This document shows positions 1 to 13,300 of a stretch of 64,000 bases of DNA, in pieces. This DNA is from Alphaproteobacteria bacterium (GTDB taxonomy: Bacteria; Pseudomonadota; Alphaproteobacteria; UBA828), in NCBI GenBank assembly GCA_965214705.1, contig OZ243972.1, positions 3,424,001-3,488,000 on the forward strand. Reading direction: 5' to 3'. The first letter of the stretch is position 1, and every line of letters begins with the position of its first letter. The translations under genes and the position numbers were made by a program. Below the pieces are notes generated by a model, which saw only the letters and a list, made by a program, of their open reading frames with translations, was not told the DNA's origin and searched no databases.

Positions 1-1
1 G

Positions 2-970
2 GAGCGCGGCGAGAGCGTCCAGGACCGGGCGCGGGTGTATTTCGACGAATACCACGCGCACGACGAAGGGCTGCCCCGCCTCAGGCTGGCTCCCCCGGGC
101 CGGCTGGTCCGCCTCCGCGACCTCTATACCGAGGACGAGCGGAAGGCGTCGGTGGCGTACAACGAGGGCCATCGCCTTCTCGGCGGCCGGAACGCCGGCC
201 TGAACGTGCGCTTCGAAGGGCCCGACGGCCTGCGCATCGTCTGGAGCCTCGCCGACCCCGTCGGCAGCCGCGACTGGCAGTCCGCCCGGCTCCGGCTGCT
301 CGAGCGTGTGCTGCCGCATGTCCGCCGGACCGTGCTGATCCGCCAGGCGCTGGCGGCGGCCGGTGCGCTCGGCGCTGGCCTGGCGGGCCTGCTCGACAAC
401 GACCGCATCGGCGTGGTGCAGCTCGACCGCGGCGGGCGGGTGCTGGTGGCCAACGCGCCGGCGCTCGGGATCCTGCGCCGGGGCGACGGGCTGCTCGACC
501 GCGACGGCACCCTGGACGCCGTGCTGCCGGCGGACCGCACCCGCTTGCGGAGACTCCTGGGTCAGGCGCTGCCGGACTTGTGGGGCGAGGCCCCGGGCGG
601 GGGCTCGATGACGATCCAGCGCCCCTCGGGGCGGTCGCGGCTGGGGCTGCACGTCATGCCGGTGGGCGACGCGGGAGCGGACTTCGGCGGGCGCCGGGTG
701 GCGGCGCTGGTGCTGGCGGTCGACCCGGCGCGCCGACCACGCATCGACGCGCAGCGGGTGGCAGTGACGCTCGGGCTGACGCCGTCCGAGGGCCGGATGG
801 CGGCGCTGATGGCCGGGGGGCTGAAGGTGAGCGAGATCGCCGCGGCCCAGGGCTGGCGGGAGAACTACGTGCGCTGGCTGGTCCAGCAGACCTACCGGAA
901 GCTGGACGTGTCGGGGCAGGTCGCGCTGGTGCGCCACGTGCTGGCGGCGGACGCCCTGCCGCGGCGCTGA
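2..970 (+). CDS. LuxR-family HTH transcriptional regulator with PAS-like central region (5'-truncated by window edge)
   Basis: Frame is open to the window start. Central 'GVVQLDRGGRVLVANAPA' is PAS-like; C-terminal 'LGLTPSEGRMAALMAGGLKVSEIAAAQG...YRKLDVSGQVALV' is a LuxR HTH. Confidence 0.85.
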   Translation, partial: ERGESVQDRARVYFDEYHAHDEGLPRLRLAPPGRLVRLRDLYTEDERKASVAYNEGHRLLGGRNAGLNVRFEGPDGLRIVWSLADPVGSRDWQSARLRLLERVLPHVRRTVLIRQALAAAGALGAGLAGLLDNDRIGVVQLDRGGRVLVANAPALGILRRGDGLLDRDGTLDAVLPADRTRLRRLLGQALPDLWGEAPGGGSMTIQRPSGRSRLGLHVMPVGDAGADFGGRRVAALVLAVDPARRPRIDAQRVAVTLGLTPSEGRMAALMAGGLKVSEIAAAQGWRENYVRWLVQQTYRKLDVSGQVALVRHVLAADALPRR

Positions 971-1047
971 GGGACCGCCGGCAGCCGGCGTTTCCTCTCC
1001 TCGCGCCGCCTTGCCCGGCTCTCGAACCGGCGTTCCGATACCTTCAA

Positions 1048-1067
1048 ATTTGCAGGATTTTACAGGT
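1048..1067 (+). promoter_or_regulatory. lux-box-like sequence between the LuxR-type gene and the adhesin
   Basis: ATTTGCAGGATTTTACAGGT matches 15/20 positions of the canonical lux box ACCTGTAGGATCGTACAGGT and is an AT-rich patch in GC-rich DNA. The left half-site is degenerate. Confidence 0.3.
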
Positions 1068-1221
1068 CTTTGGGCCCGTTTACGCTCGCGCGTACAGAAA
1101 ACCGTTGCGGCCACGGGGACCGGCCAGCCCCGGCCCGTGCGGTTGTAATCCAGGGGTGGATCGATTGGCTCGATTCCCGTCGAAAATCCTGCGCTCGCCG
1201 ACGGTTCCCGTTGAGGAATTA

Positions 1222-1275
1222 AGCCGAGCCGAGCCGAGCCGAGCCGAGCCGAGCCGAGCCGAGCCGAGCCGAGCC
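1222..1275 (+). repeat. Pentanucleotide simple sequence repeat (AGCCG)x10 + AGCC
   Basis: Perfect tandem run read directly; ends ~60 bp upstream of the adhesin ATG at 1337. Confidence 0.97.
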
Positions 1276-1336
1276 TATTCCTGCGTCTGCACGCCGGGCG
1301 GTTCTCCGGCAGCCTGCGTAGGGCGCGGCTGACGCC

Positions 1337-4300
1337 ATGGGCCGTGCCGGGAGCAGCCTGCGGGAGCGCCATGGCCGGCTGAGCTTCGGCGCCCGCCGCG
1401 CGGCGCCTCCACCCCCCTCTTCTTCTCCGCCTCCTTCGCGATTCCGACCCGCCCGCCTCGCGCGCGTGAGGCGGGCGGGCGTGTGCGCTCTCGGCACGCT
1501 CGCCGCCGCCCTCGTCCTGCTGCTCGGTGCCGGGGCGGCGCAGGCGCAGACGTCGAAGAAGCTGGTCAGCAACACCGGGCAGGGCGCCAGCACTTTCGGC
1601 CAGTCCGGCGACAGCAGCTATAGCCAGGCGTTCACCACCGGGGACCACGGCGGCGGCTACACGCTGACCAGCGTGAACGTCCAGATGAATCAGAATGGCT
1701 CGACGGCGCCGACCTACACCGTGAGCATCCTCTCGTCCTCGGGCAGCATCCTGGGCACGCTGACGAACCCGGCCAGCCTGCCCGGCACCAAACAAAACGT
1801 TCAGTTCACGGCACCGAAGGGCGGCATCGGCCTGGCTGCCGAGATGACGTACCGCGTGCGGATCGACATTAGCGCCAACGTGAACGCCCTCTCTGTCCAA
1901 CGCACTTTTTCCAACAATGAGGATGCGGGCTCGGAAGAGGGCTGGAGCATCGCGAACGGCGGAGAGCCGGTCCTCGCGACACCAACGAGTTTGATGATCG
2001 CCGTTCACGGCTACGCGGCGGAAGGCGTTTACTTTCGCAGCGCATCGGTGTCCGGGGCCACGCTGAAGCTCGCCTTCACCGAGCCGCTCGACGGCGCCTC
2101 CGTGCCCGCGAAGGGCAACTTCTCGGTGTCGCTGGACGGCGTGGCGCAGGCGCCGCTCGGGGTGTCGGTCGCCGGCAACACCGCGACGCTCACCCTTGCG
2201 AGGGCGGCGGCGCACGGCCAGACGGTCCGGGTCACTTACACCAAGCCCGGCTCGAACCCGCTGCGGAACGCGGTGGGCCACGAGGTGGCGGGGTTCACGG
2301 CGCAGGAGGTCGACAACGTCACCGGGGCGATCGCCTCGGTGGCGTTCACCAACACGCCGGTCGCGGGGCGCCCGATCGGCATCGGCGGCGTCATCGAGGT
2401 GACGGTGACCTTTCACGAGGCCGCGAGGGTGACCGGGGCGCCGCGCATCGCGCTCTCCCCGCCGTTCGGGTCGCGCGGCGAGAGGCGCTACGCAAGCTAC
2501 GACGGGGGCAGCGGCACCACGGCACTAGTATTCCGCTACACGGTGGCGGAAGGGGACAACTCGATCGGTGGGCGCATCAGCGTGGCGGAGGACGCGCTGG
2601 AGCTCAACGAGGGGTCGATCCGCCTGGGGACGGCGAACGCGGTGCTGGACCACGACGCGGTGCAGTCGGCCAATGACGTGATCGGGTACCGGGGCAGGAT
2701 CTCGCAGGTGTACGTTCACGAGAGTCCGGGCGTGGACGCGGATCTGGACGGCACCGCGGAGACCTTCACCGCGGTCGACGGCAATCGGGAAATCGGGGTC
2801 TGGGTGTCGTTCCTGGGCTTGGGTGAACTGCAGGTCGACACCAAGGGCGCGAACGGCAACGTCCAGGTGGTGGTGGACATCGGCGGCCAAGGCTTCGATC
2901 TGGACTACCAGGCGACGTTCTCGAACGCAATCCGGTTCGGCACCCACACAGTCGCGGCGACGCACGTGGACACTGACGGCGTCTCTGTGAAGCGCGACGG
3001 GTCGGGCAACGTGATCCGCCTCTCGAACGGCGCGACGATCAGGGCCGGCGAGTCATCCGGTGGCAACGCGCCGCGCCTGACGGCCGGCGCGGACCCTGGC
3101 GTGGGGGTACTCGATTACGATCCGACCCCGCTGATCCTGGTGCGCGGCGCGAACGCGGCCCCGACGGGCGCGGACTTCACGCGGAACGGGAACAGCGAGC
3201 TGGCCTTCGCGAAGGCGGACTTCGGGTACGCGGACGCCGACGGCGACCCGCAGAAGGCGCTGCGGATCGAGACGCTGCCGGTGGCGGCTAAGGGCGCGCT
3301 GAAGCTCGACGGCGCGGTGATCGCGAGCGCCGACCTGCCGAAGACGGTGACGCCCGCCGAGCTGGACTCGGGCGGCCTGGCGTTCGAGCCGGCCGCCGGG
3401 TTCATCTCCGGGGACACGAGCTTCACCTTCCGGGTGGTGGATTCGTTCGACGCGGCCTCGGCCGCCGCGAACACGGTGACGCTCTCGGTGACAGCAGAGG
3501 ACCAGACCCCGCCGAGCCTCGTCGGCGCGGCGGTGTACGGGGCGACGCTGACGCTGACCTGGGGCGAGGCCCTCGACGAGGCGTCGGAGCCGGCGGCGTC
3601 GGCCTTCACCGTGACCGTGGACGGGAGCGAAGTCTCGCTCGCGGCCACCGGTGCGGTGGCGGTGAACGGCCGGGCCGTGAACCTGACCCTGGCCCAGGCG
3701 GTGACCGCCGGTGAGTCGGTGACGGTGAGCTACACGAAGCCCGACAGCGCCCCCATCCAGGACCTCGCCGGCAACGCCGCCGCCAGACTTCCCGAACGGT
3801 CCGTGACCAACGGGACGGCCACGACGCATGCGGTGACCGCCTCCGCGGGCGAGGACCGGGAGGTGCTGACCGGCGCGGCGGTGACGCTGTCGGGCTCGGG
3901 GTCGTCGACGCGGGCCTATCCCGCCTACAGCTATGCCTGGACGCAGACCGCCGGGGTGACGGTGGCGCTGGACGACGCGGCCTCGGCGGCGCCGTCGTTC
4001 ACCGCGCCCGCGGTACGCACCGACCTGGTGTTCGAGCTCGTGGTGAACGACGGCACGGCCGACAGCGCGGCGGACGAGGTGACGGTGGCGGTGCGCCCGG
4101 GGCCCAACCCGTCGAGCGCGCCGTGCGTGCATCCGAAGCCGGCGGACGCTTCGTTTGCGTCGGGAACTCAGCCGTACGACAGCGTGGCCGTCGCGGACAG
4201 CTCCGTCTCATTCTCGGGCGCGGGGTCCGGCCAGTTCAGCTTCTGGTTCTGCAGCCCGGACGGGGTGCGCGCCGAGCTGGCGCAGAACGTGGGCGCCACC

Positions 4301-7300
4301 CACGTCGTGACCCAGACGGGGCTGCAGCGGTCCACCACCTACTGGGCGGCCGTGAAGCGGACCTGCGCCACCTGCCCGGCCGGCGGGAGCTGGTTCGCGT
4401 GGCGCGCGTTCACCACGACGAATGTCGTGCCGCGCCCGACCAGGGCGGCGGTCTCGGAGACTTCGCTGACCATCGCCTTCGACAAGACCCTGAGCACCGC
4501 CATCGCCCATCGGCCGGCGACGAGCGCCTTCACCGTGACCGTGAACAATGCCGCCAGGGGCGTCACGGTGGTGAACATCTCCGGCGTTGGCGTGTTCACC
4601 GGCGTGCGGCTCGGCCTGGCCTCGGCGGTGAGCTACGGCGACACCGTCACGGTGGCCTACAACGGCACCAAGCTCCGGGGCGCCAACGGGAGCACGGTGG
4701 CGACCTTCAGCGACGTGAAGGTGCAGACCCCCCCGAGCGTCACCGCGGCGACGGTGGACGGGACGGCGTTGACGCTGACCTTCAACGGGACCCTGGACAC
4801 CGGCTCGAAGCCGGCCGCCGGCGCCTTCACGGTGAGCGCGGCGGGCAACGCGCGGACGGTGAGCGGCGTCGCGCTGGACGGCATGACGGCGACGCTGACC
4901 CTGGATACGGCGGTGACCCACGGCCAGACCGTCACGGCGACCTACACCAGGCCGGCCGCGAACCCGCTGCAGGACACCGCCGGCAACGAGGTGTCGAGCT
5001 TCATCGGGCAATCGGTGACCAACTCGACGCCGATGGGCGGGGCGGTCAGGCGGGTGGCGTTCGTCTCTTCGCCGGTCTCCGGTGACACGTACCTGATCGG
5101 CGAGACGATCGCGGCCGAGGTGACGTGGAGCATTCCGGTGACGGTGGCGGGCGAAGGCGCCGACGGAGAGAACGTGGCGCTGCGCCTCGACCTCGGGGCG
5201 GATGACGGTGACCGGTCGAACAGCCGCCGGGCGATGCGCTACGTCTCGAGCACGGGCTCCGACACGCTTCGCTTCGAGTACGCGGTCAAGCCGGGCGACA
5301 TGGACGCCGACGGGGTGTGGGTACAGACCGCCTCGGGGAGCGACGACACGGTGGTGTTCCTCGCGAACGGGGCGACGCTGAGGAACGGCACGACCGACGT
5401 GGTGCGCACTCGCGCCGGGCTGCCGACGACCGGCGACGCGGGCCGCAAGGTGGACGGGACCAGCACCGCGACGGCCAACGCGGGCGTGGACCTGACGGTG
5501 GAGACCGGTTCGTCGGTGACGCTGGACGGCAAGGCCTCGACGTCGACGCGGTCGAACCCGACCTACACCTACGCCTGGACGCAGACCGGCGGTGTGACGG
5601 TGACGCTGAGCGGGGCGGATACGGCGACGCCGTCGTTCACCGCGCCTACGGTGCGGCGAGATCTGGAGTTCTCGCTCGTGGTGAACGACGGGGCGCACTA
5701 CAGCGTGCCGGACACGGTGACGGTGCTGGTGCGTCCGCCGCCCAACCCGACGAGCGCGCCGTGCGTGCATCCGAAGCCGGAGGGGGAGCAATTCCACGCC
5801 CACGTTGCAGGAGTCACCATCTCGGGGCGTACGGACAGCTCCATATCGTTCCAGGGGCATCACGCTACTAGGAGATTCGACCTGTGGTTCTGCTGGACGA
5901 ACGGCGAGGCGCAGAAGCGCGCCACGAGTGTCGAAGGCTCCCACATCGAGACCGTCCCCGGCCTGCGGAGCGGCACCCGCTACTGGGTCGCAGCAAGGCA
6001 GCATTCGTCGGGCGGGTTTGCCGTCCAATGGTCGAGATGGGTGGCGGAGACCACCACCGGCGCCCCGTCGGTGCAGGTGGTGCGGTTCACTTCCTCGCCG
6101 GCCTCCGGTGACACGTACCTGAACGGCGAGACGATCGCGGCCGAGGTCACCTGGAGCAAGCCGGTGACGGTGGCCAACGGCGGCTCGAACGCCAACGTGA
6201 CGCTGCGCCTCGACCTCGGGGCGGACGACGGTGACCGGTCGAACAGCCGGCGGGCGATGCGCTACGTCGCGGGCACCGGCACGGACACGCTGCGCTTCGA
6301 GTACGCGGTCAAGCCGGGCGACACGGACGCCGACGGGGTGTGGGTGCAGACCGCCTCGGGTGGCGACGACACGGTGGTGTTCCTCGCGAACGGGGCGACG
6401 CTCAGGAACGGCGCGACCGACGTGGGCCGGACCCGCGCCGGGCTGCCGACGACGGGCGACGCCGGCCGCAAGGTGGAAGCGGAGACCAGCACCGCGACGG
6501 CCGACGCGGGCGAGGACCGGACGGTGGAGACCGGGTCGTCGGTGACGCTGGACGGCAAGGCCTCGACGTCGACGCGGTTGAACCCGACCTACACCTACGC
6601 CTGGACGCAGACCGGCGGTGTGACGGTGACGCTGAGCGGGGCGGATACGGCGACGCCGACCTTCACCGCGCCGACGGTGCGGCGAGACCTGGAGTTCTCG
6701 CTCGTGGTGAACGACGGGGCGCACTACAGCGTGCCGGACACGGTGACGGTGCTGGTGCGCCCGCCGCCCAACCCGACGAGCGCGCCGTGCGTGCATCCGA
6801 AGCCGGAGGGGGAGCAATTCCACGCCCACGTTGCAGGAGTCACCATCTCGGGGCGTACGGACAGCTCCATATCGTTCCAGGGGCATCACGCTACTAGGAG
6901 ATTCGACCTGTGGTTCTGCTGGACGAACGGCGAGGCGCAGAAGCGCGCCACGAGTGTCGAAGGCTCCCACATCGAGACCGTCCCCGGCCTGCGGAGCGGC
7001 ACCCGCTACTGGGTCGCAGCAAGGCAGCATTCGTCGGGCGGGTTTGCCGTCCAATGGTCGAGATGGGTGGCGGAGACCACCACCGGCGCCCCGTCGGTGC
7101 AGGTGGTGCGGTTCACTTCCTCGCCGGCCTCCGGTGACACGTACCTGAACGGCGAGACGATCGCGGCCGAGGTCACCTGGAGCAAGCCGGTGACGGTGGC
7201 CAACGGCGGCTCGAACGCCAACGTGACGCTGCGCCTCGACCTCGGGGCGGACGACGGTGACCGGTCGAACAGCCGGCGGGCGATGCGCTACGTCGCGGGC

Positions 7301-10300
7301 ACCGGCACGGACACGCTGCGCTTCGAGTACGCGGTCAAGCCGGGCGACACGGACGCCGACGGGGTGTGGGTGCAGACCGCCTCGGGTGGCGACGACACGG
7401 TGGTGTTCCTCGCGAACGGGGCGACGCTCAGGAACGGCGCGACCGACGTGGGCCGGACCCGCGCCGGGCTACCGACGACCGGCGGCGCGGGCCGCAAGGT
7501 GGACGGGACCAGCACCGCGACGGCCGATGCGGGCGACGACCTGACGGCGGAGACCGGCGCAATGGTGACGCTGGACGGCACGGGCTCGACGTCGACGCGG
7601 TTGAACCCGACCTACACCTACGCCTGGACGCAGACCGGCGGCCCGGACGTGACGCTGAGCGGTGCGGATACGGCGACGCCGACCTTCACCGCGCCGACGG
7701 TGCGCACGGAGCTCGAGTTCTCGCTCGTGGTGAACGACGGGATGCACAACAGCGCGCCGGACACGGTGGCGGTGGCGGTGCGCACGCCGATCAACGCGAC
7801 GAGCGTGCCGTGCGTGCAGCCGACGGTGGCGGGCGGGCAGTTGACCGCGGTTGCCCTCTTCGAAGTCACCGCGACGACCGACAGCTCCATCACGTACCGT
7901 TCCGGGCGGCCGGAGAGTCAATCGGACATCGACACCCTGTGGTTCTGCTGGACGAACGGCGAGGTGCAGAAGCGCGCCGAGAATGTCGACGGCACGCACA
8001 GCGAGACCGTCTCCGACCTGGACAGCGGCACCACCTACTGGGTGACCGCGACCCGTGATGAGGTGAACAACAAGTGGTGGAACGCGTGGCGGGCGGTCAC
8101 CACCGCCGGCGGGGCGTCGGTCAGGCGGGCGGCGTTCACCACCTCGCCGGCCTCGGGAGACACATACCTGCCGGGCGAGACGGTCGCGGCCGAGGTGGTC
8201 TTCAGCATGCCGGTGACGGTGGCGGGTGCGGGCGCCGACGGCCGGAACGTGGTGCTGCGCCTCGACCTCGGGCCGGACGACGCGGACCGGTCGAACAGCC
8301 GCCGCGAGATGCGCTACGTCGGGGGTACGGGCACGGACACGCTGCGCTTCGAGTACGCGGTCAAGGCCGGCGACGGGGACCCCGACGGGGTGTGGCTGCA
8401 GACCGGCTCGGAGACCGACCTCACGGTGGTGTTCTTCAACAGCGGGGGCGCGAGCATCAGGAGCGGCGCGGAAAACGTGAGCCGCACCCGGCGCTGGCTG
8501 CCGACGACCGGCGACGGCGGCCGCAAGGTGGACGGGGCGCCGCCGTCGTTCGAGAGCGCGGCGGCGAAGGGCACGACGCTGACGGTGACCTTCGACGAGG
8601 CGCTCGACGACGGCTCGGTGCCGGCGGCGGCCGCGTTCACGGTGATGCGGACCCCGCGGGGGGGCAGCGCGACACGGTCGCGGCTGACCGGCACGCCCGC
8701 CATCGCCGGCGCCAAGGTGACCCTGAACCTGGCCCGGGCGGCGGCGCCCGGCGACGCGCTCACGGTGGGCTACACGGCGCCCGACGGCGACATGCTGCGC
8801 GACATGGCGGGCAACGAGGCGGGGGACTTCGCCGGCAAGCGGGCGATGAACCTCACCGGGGATCCGGGCGACGCGACGGCGCCGACGCTGCTCCAGGGCA
8901 CGGTGCGCCGCGACAAGGTGAAGCTGACGTTCGACGAGCCGCTCGACGAGGGCGTGAAGCCCGCCGCGAGCCAGCTCGGGCTCACCCCCTCCCTGGGCGC
9001 GGTGAGCGAGGTCGCGGTGAGCGGGCGCCAGATCACGTTCACCACCGCGACCGCGGCCACCGCGAGCCAGAGCGTGAGCCTCGCGATCGCCGACACGAGC
9101 GGCATTCAGGACCTCAACGGCAACCGGCTGGCGCCGGTGGACGGCTTCGCCCTGGTCAACACGCTCGGCACGGCGCCGGGCAAGCCGGGGCTTGCGCAGA
9201 CGGACACGACGATGGACGGCGCCCCGGCGGTGGACGGCGCGGCGCTCACGCTGACGTTCGACCAGGTGCTGCACGCGGGCCAGGTGCCGCCTGCGGACGA
9301 GTTCGCGGTGACGGTGGCGAGCGCCGCCCGCGGGGTGGTCGACGTCGAGGTCGCCGGCTCGACGGTGGTGCTGACGCTGGCGTCCCCGGCGGCGTCGGGC
9401 GAGACGGTGACGGTGCGCTACAAGGGGTCGAAGGCGCCCCGGATCCAGAACCCGTGGGGCCAGGTGGTGGACGCGTTCTCCGGGCAGGGCGTGGCCAACG
9501 GCACGTCCAACCGGGCGCCGGCGTTCAGCAGCCCGGCGGGCACGGTCAATGCGGTGCCGGGCAGGCAGGTTTCGCTGCCCGCGGCCGCGAGCGACGCCGA
9601 CGGCGACGCGGTGACCTTCTCGCTGAGCGCGAGCCCCCCGGACTCGCATGTGCCCGGCACATTCATCTACCAGTACACCATCGAGCGCGTGTTCTTCACC
9701 GCGAAGGACGACTGCGACCTGGAGAACCTCGATCCGCGCCCGGCCAACCCGCTCGACACGGTGGTCACCGTGACGGCGAGCGATCCGCACGGCGCGTCGA
9801 GCGAACTCGAGCTGACGTACCGCACGAACTGGGTGTGCGACAAGCCCGGCGTGACCGCGGTGGCGGTGAACGGCAAGGCGATCGCGCTGACCTTCGACGA
9901 GCCCCTGGCGCCGCTCGGCGCGGCGGGGTTGCGGGCGTTGCGCCAGGCGTTCCTGGTCCAGGGCGCGCACTACCGGGGGGCGCCGGTGCGCGACCAGTCG
10001 CCGAGCACGATCGCGATGAGCGGCGCGACGGTGACGCTGACGCTGGGTTCGGGCGTGCTGCCGAACCGGGAGACGACGGTGGAGTACGTCGCGGCGGCGG
10101 CGCGCGGGGCCGGGCTGCGCGACGCGGACGGCAACGCGGTGCCGGACTTCGTGCGCGGGGTGACGAGCATGACGGTGGGCACGGTGGCGCCGCTGCTGGA
10201 GCAGGCGCAGGTGAAGGGGCCGAAGCTGCAGGCGCTGGAGCTGACCTTCGACGCGGCGCTGGACGCGTCCTCGGCGCCGGCCGGGAGCCGGTTCCAGGTG

Positions 10301-13300
10301 TGGGCGAGCACCCGGGATACCCCGAGGTCGAGACTCATCTCCGGCACGGGCACGGCGAGAGTCGACGGGACCAAGGTGCTCGTCACGCTGGCAAAGCCGG
10401 TGCCGCAGGCTGCGTCGGTCAGGATCGACTACCACAAGGGCGGCGAGCCGAAGCCGCTGCGGGCCGCGGGGCGCGGGGCGGAGGTGGCGGACATCGACGG
10501 ATTCAGGGGCGCGGTGCTCGACGGGACGCGTCCGGAGCTGGTGGGCGCGGCGGCGACCGCGCAGGCGGTGACGCTGTACTACTCGGAGACGCTGGACCGG
10601 GGCTCGACGCCGGCGCCCGGGGACTTCGCGGTGACGGCGGGGGGCGGCGCGCGGACGGTGCGCGAGGTGTCGGTGCACGACGACGCGGTGACGCTTGCGC
10701 TGGCCTCGGCGGTGGCGGCGGGCGAGGCCGTGACGGTGACCTGGACGCCCGGCGTGGAGCCCATCCGGGATCCGGCCGGCAACGACGCGAGGGGCTTCTC
10801 GGACCATTCGGCGAACAACTGGGTGGGGGGTAACACGGAGCCGCTGATGCTCGTGACGGCGGAGGTGGACTGGAAGGTGGTGACGCTGACCTACAACCAT
10901 CCGCTGGACCCGGCGAGCGTGCCGGGGCCGGGGGCGTTCTCGTTCGACTTCGAGTGGCGGTCGGTCGAGGACGTCGCGGTGCGCGGCAAGACGGTGGTGC
11001 TGACCGTGAACGAACGGTGGCATCCCTGCGACGGGAACACCGTGATGGGCTACGCGAAGCCGGCGAAGAACGCGCTGCGCAACCTCTGGGGCACGGAGGT
11101 GGACGCCATTCCCGCGCGCGGACAGGCGGTGACGAACGTGCTGGCGGGCAATTGCCTGAACGACACGATGACCGCGACGCTGGGCAGCATCGTCCTGACG
11201 GCCAGCCGGCCGTTCGCGCAGGATGCGCCGCCGCGCAAGGAGTGGTTCACGGTCGCGGCGTCGGGCGGGCCGGTGACGGTGACGGGGGCGGCGTTCTCCC
11301 CGGACGACCCGCACCAGCTGGTGCTGAGCCTGAGCCGCGAGCCCGCGGAGGACGAGACGGTGACGGTGAGCTACCGGCGCCCCCGGGGCGAGGCCGGGCT
11401 GTGGAACGTCGACGGCAGGCAGCTCGCGGACGTCGTGGACGTGCCGGTAACCAGGAAGACGGCGGCGGCGCCGTCAGTCGAGGCGGTGGCGCTGGTCTCG
11501 GACCCGGGCGCGGACGCCACCTACGCGGCGGGCGAGACCGTCCGGGTGCGGGTCACCTTCGGCGGCGAGGTGACCGTGGACACCGAGGGCGGCACGCCGC
11601 GGCTCAGGCTCGACCTCGACCCGGCGGACGGTGGCGAGCGGTGGGCGGCGTACGAGAGCGGCAGCGGCGAGGCGGCGCTCGTCTTCGGCTACGCGGCCTC
11701 GGCCGGCGACGCCTCGGCCGGGGGCGTGGCGGTCGTCGGGAACACGCTGGAGCTGAACGGCGGCGCCATCGGGGCCGCGGCCACGGGGGCGCACGCGGCG
11801 CTGGCCCACGAGGGCCTGGACCCCGACCCGGCCCACAAGGTGGACGGGGTGCGCCCTGAGTTCGACCGTGCCTCGGTCAACGGGGCGGCGCTGACGGTGA
11901 CCTTCGACGAGGCGCTGGACGCGGGCTCGGCGCTGGCGGGGAGCGCCTTCACGGTGACGGCGGCGCCGGCCGGCGGCGAGGCGCGCGCCATCGCCGGGAC
12001 GGGCGCGGCGAGCGTCGAGGGCGCGGCGGTGACGGTGACGCTGGCCGGGCCGGTGCTCGTCGGCGAGGCGGTCACGGTGGCCTACACCCCGCCGAGCGGG
12101 GCGGAGGCCAGGCCGCTCAGGGACGCGGCGGGCAACGAGGCGGCGGCGTTCGCCGGCGAGACGGTCACGAACGGGACGGCGGCGCCGCCGTCGGTGGTGT
12201 CGGCCGGGGTGGTCTCCGAGCCGGGCGCGGACGGCGCGTACACCAGGGGCGAGACGGTCGAGGCGGCGGTGACGTTCGACCGGGCGGTCGCGGTCGATGC
12301 CGAGGGCGGCACGCCGGCGCTCGCGCTCGTCGCGGACGGGACCATCCGGCGCGCGGGCTTCGTTTCGGGCTCGGGCACCGAGCGGCTGGTGTTCGCGTAC
12401 CGGGCGGTCGAGACGGACGGTACGTTGCGCGCAGTGCGGGTGGCGGCCTCGGGGCTCAAGCTCAACGGGGGATCCATCGCGGACGCGGCGGACGGGACGC
12501 CGGCGCAGCTCGGGTTCGGCGAGGCGCCGGGCGTGACGGCGGTGTCGATCGCCGATGAGCCGGACGGGCGCTGGGAGGCGGGCGACACGGTCGAGGCGGA
12601 GGTGCGCTTCGCCGAGCCGGTCGCGGTCGAGGGCGCGCCCTGGGTCACGTTCGTAATGGGGAGCACGGTCATGCGGGGCGCCTACGCCGGCGGCTCGGGG
12701 TCGGACGCGCTGACCTTCCGCTACACGCTCGGCGATGACGACGGGACGTGGACCCGCGCGGTGCTGGTCAGCAACACGCTGGACGCCGGCGACGGGTCGA
12801 TCCGGAGCGCGGGCGGCGGGCTCGCGGCGGCGCTCGGGCACGTGCAGGGGCAGCGCACGCTCGAGCCGCCGCCGGCTCCGCCGCCGTCGGTGAGCGGCGT
12901 GGCGGTCGTCTCGGACGCGGGCGGCGACGCCACCTACGCGCTGGGCGACGTGATTCGCATCAGGCTGACGTTCAGCGAGGCGGTGAGCGTGGATACGGCG
13001 GGCGGTGCGCCGCGGCTGAAGATCAAGATGGATCCGACCTGGGGTGAGTTCTGGGCGGCCTACGAGAGCGGCGGCGGCTCGGCGGCGCTGACCTTCGTCC
13101 ACAAGGTGGCGGAGCCGAACACCTCCCCGCGCGGCATCGCGGTGCTCGCCGATACGCTGGCGGCGAACGGAGCCACGATCCGCTCGGCGGCGACGGGCGC
13201 CGACGCGGCGCTTGAGCACGCCGGGCTCGGCCACGACCCGGCCCACAAGGTCGACTGGCGGCTGTCGCCGCCGGTGGCGGCGCCGCCGCTCACGGCGTCG

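Noticed and set aside
580-1332. 250-aa ORF containing SRAEP repeats as a real protein
   Set aside because: Mostly overlaps the LuxR gene out of frame, and the peptide repeat is just the translated microsatellite. Only a short leader role remains possible.
5762-7086. Adhesin duplication as a DGR template/variable repeat pair
   Set aside because: The copies are essentially identical with no adenine-specific differences, and there is no reverse transcriptase in the window.
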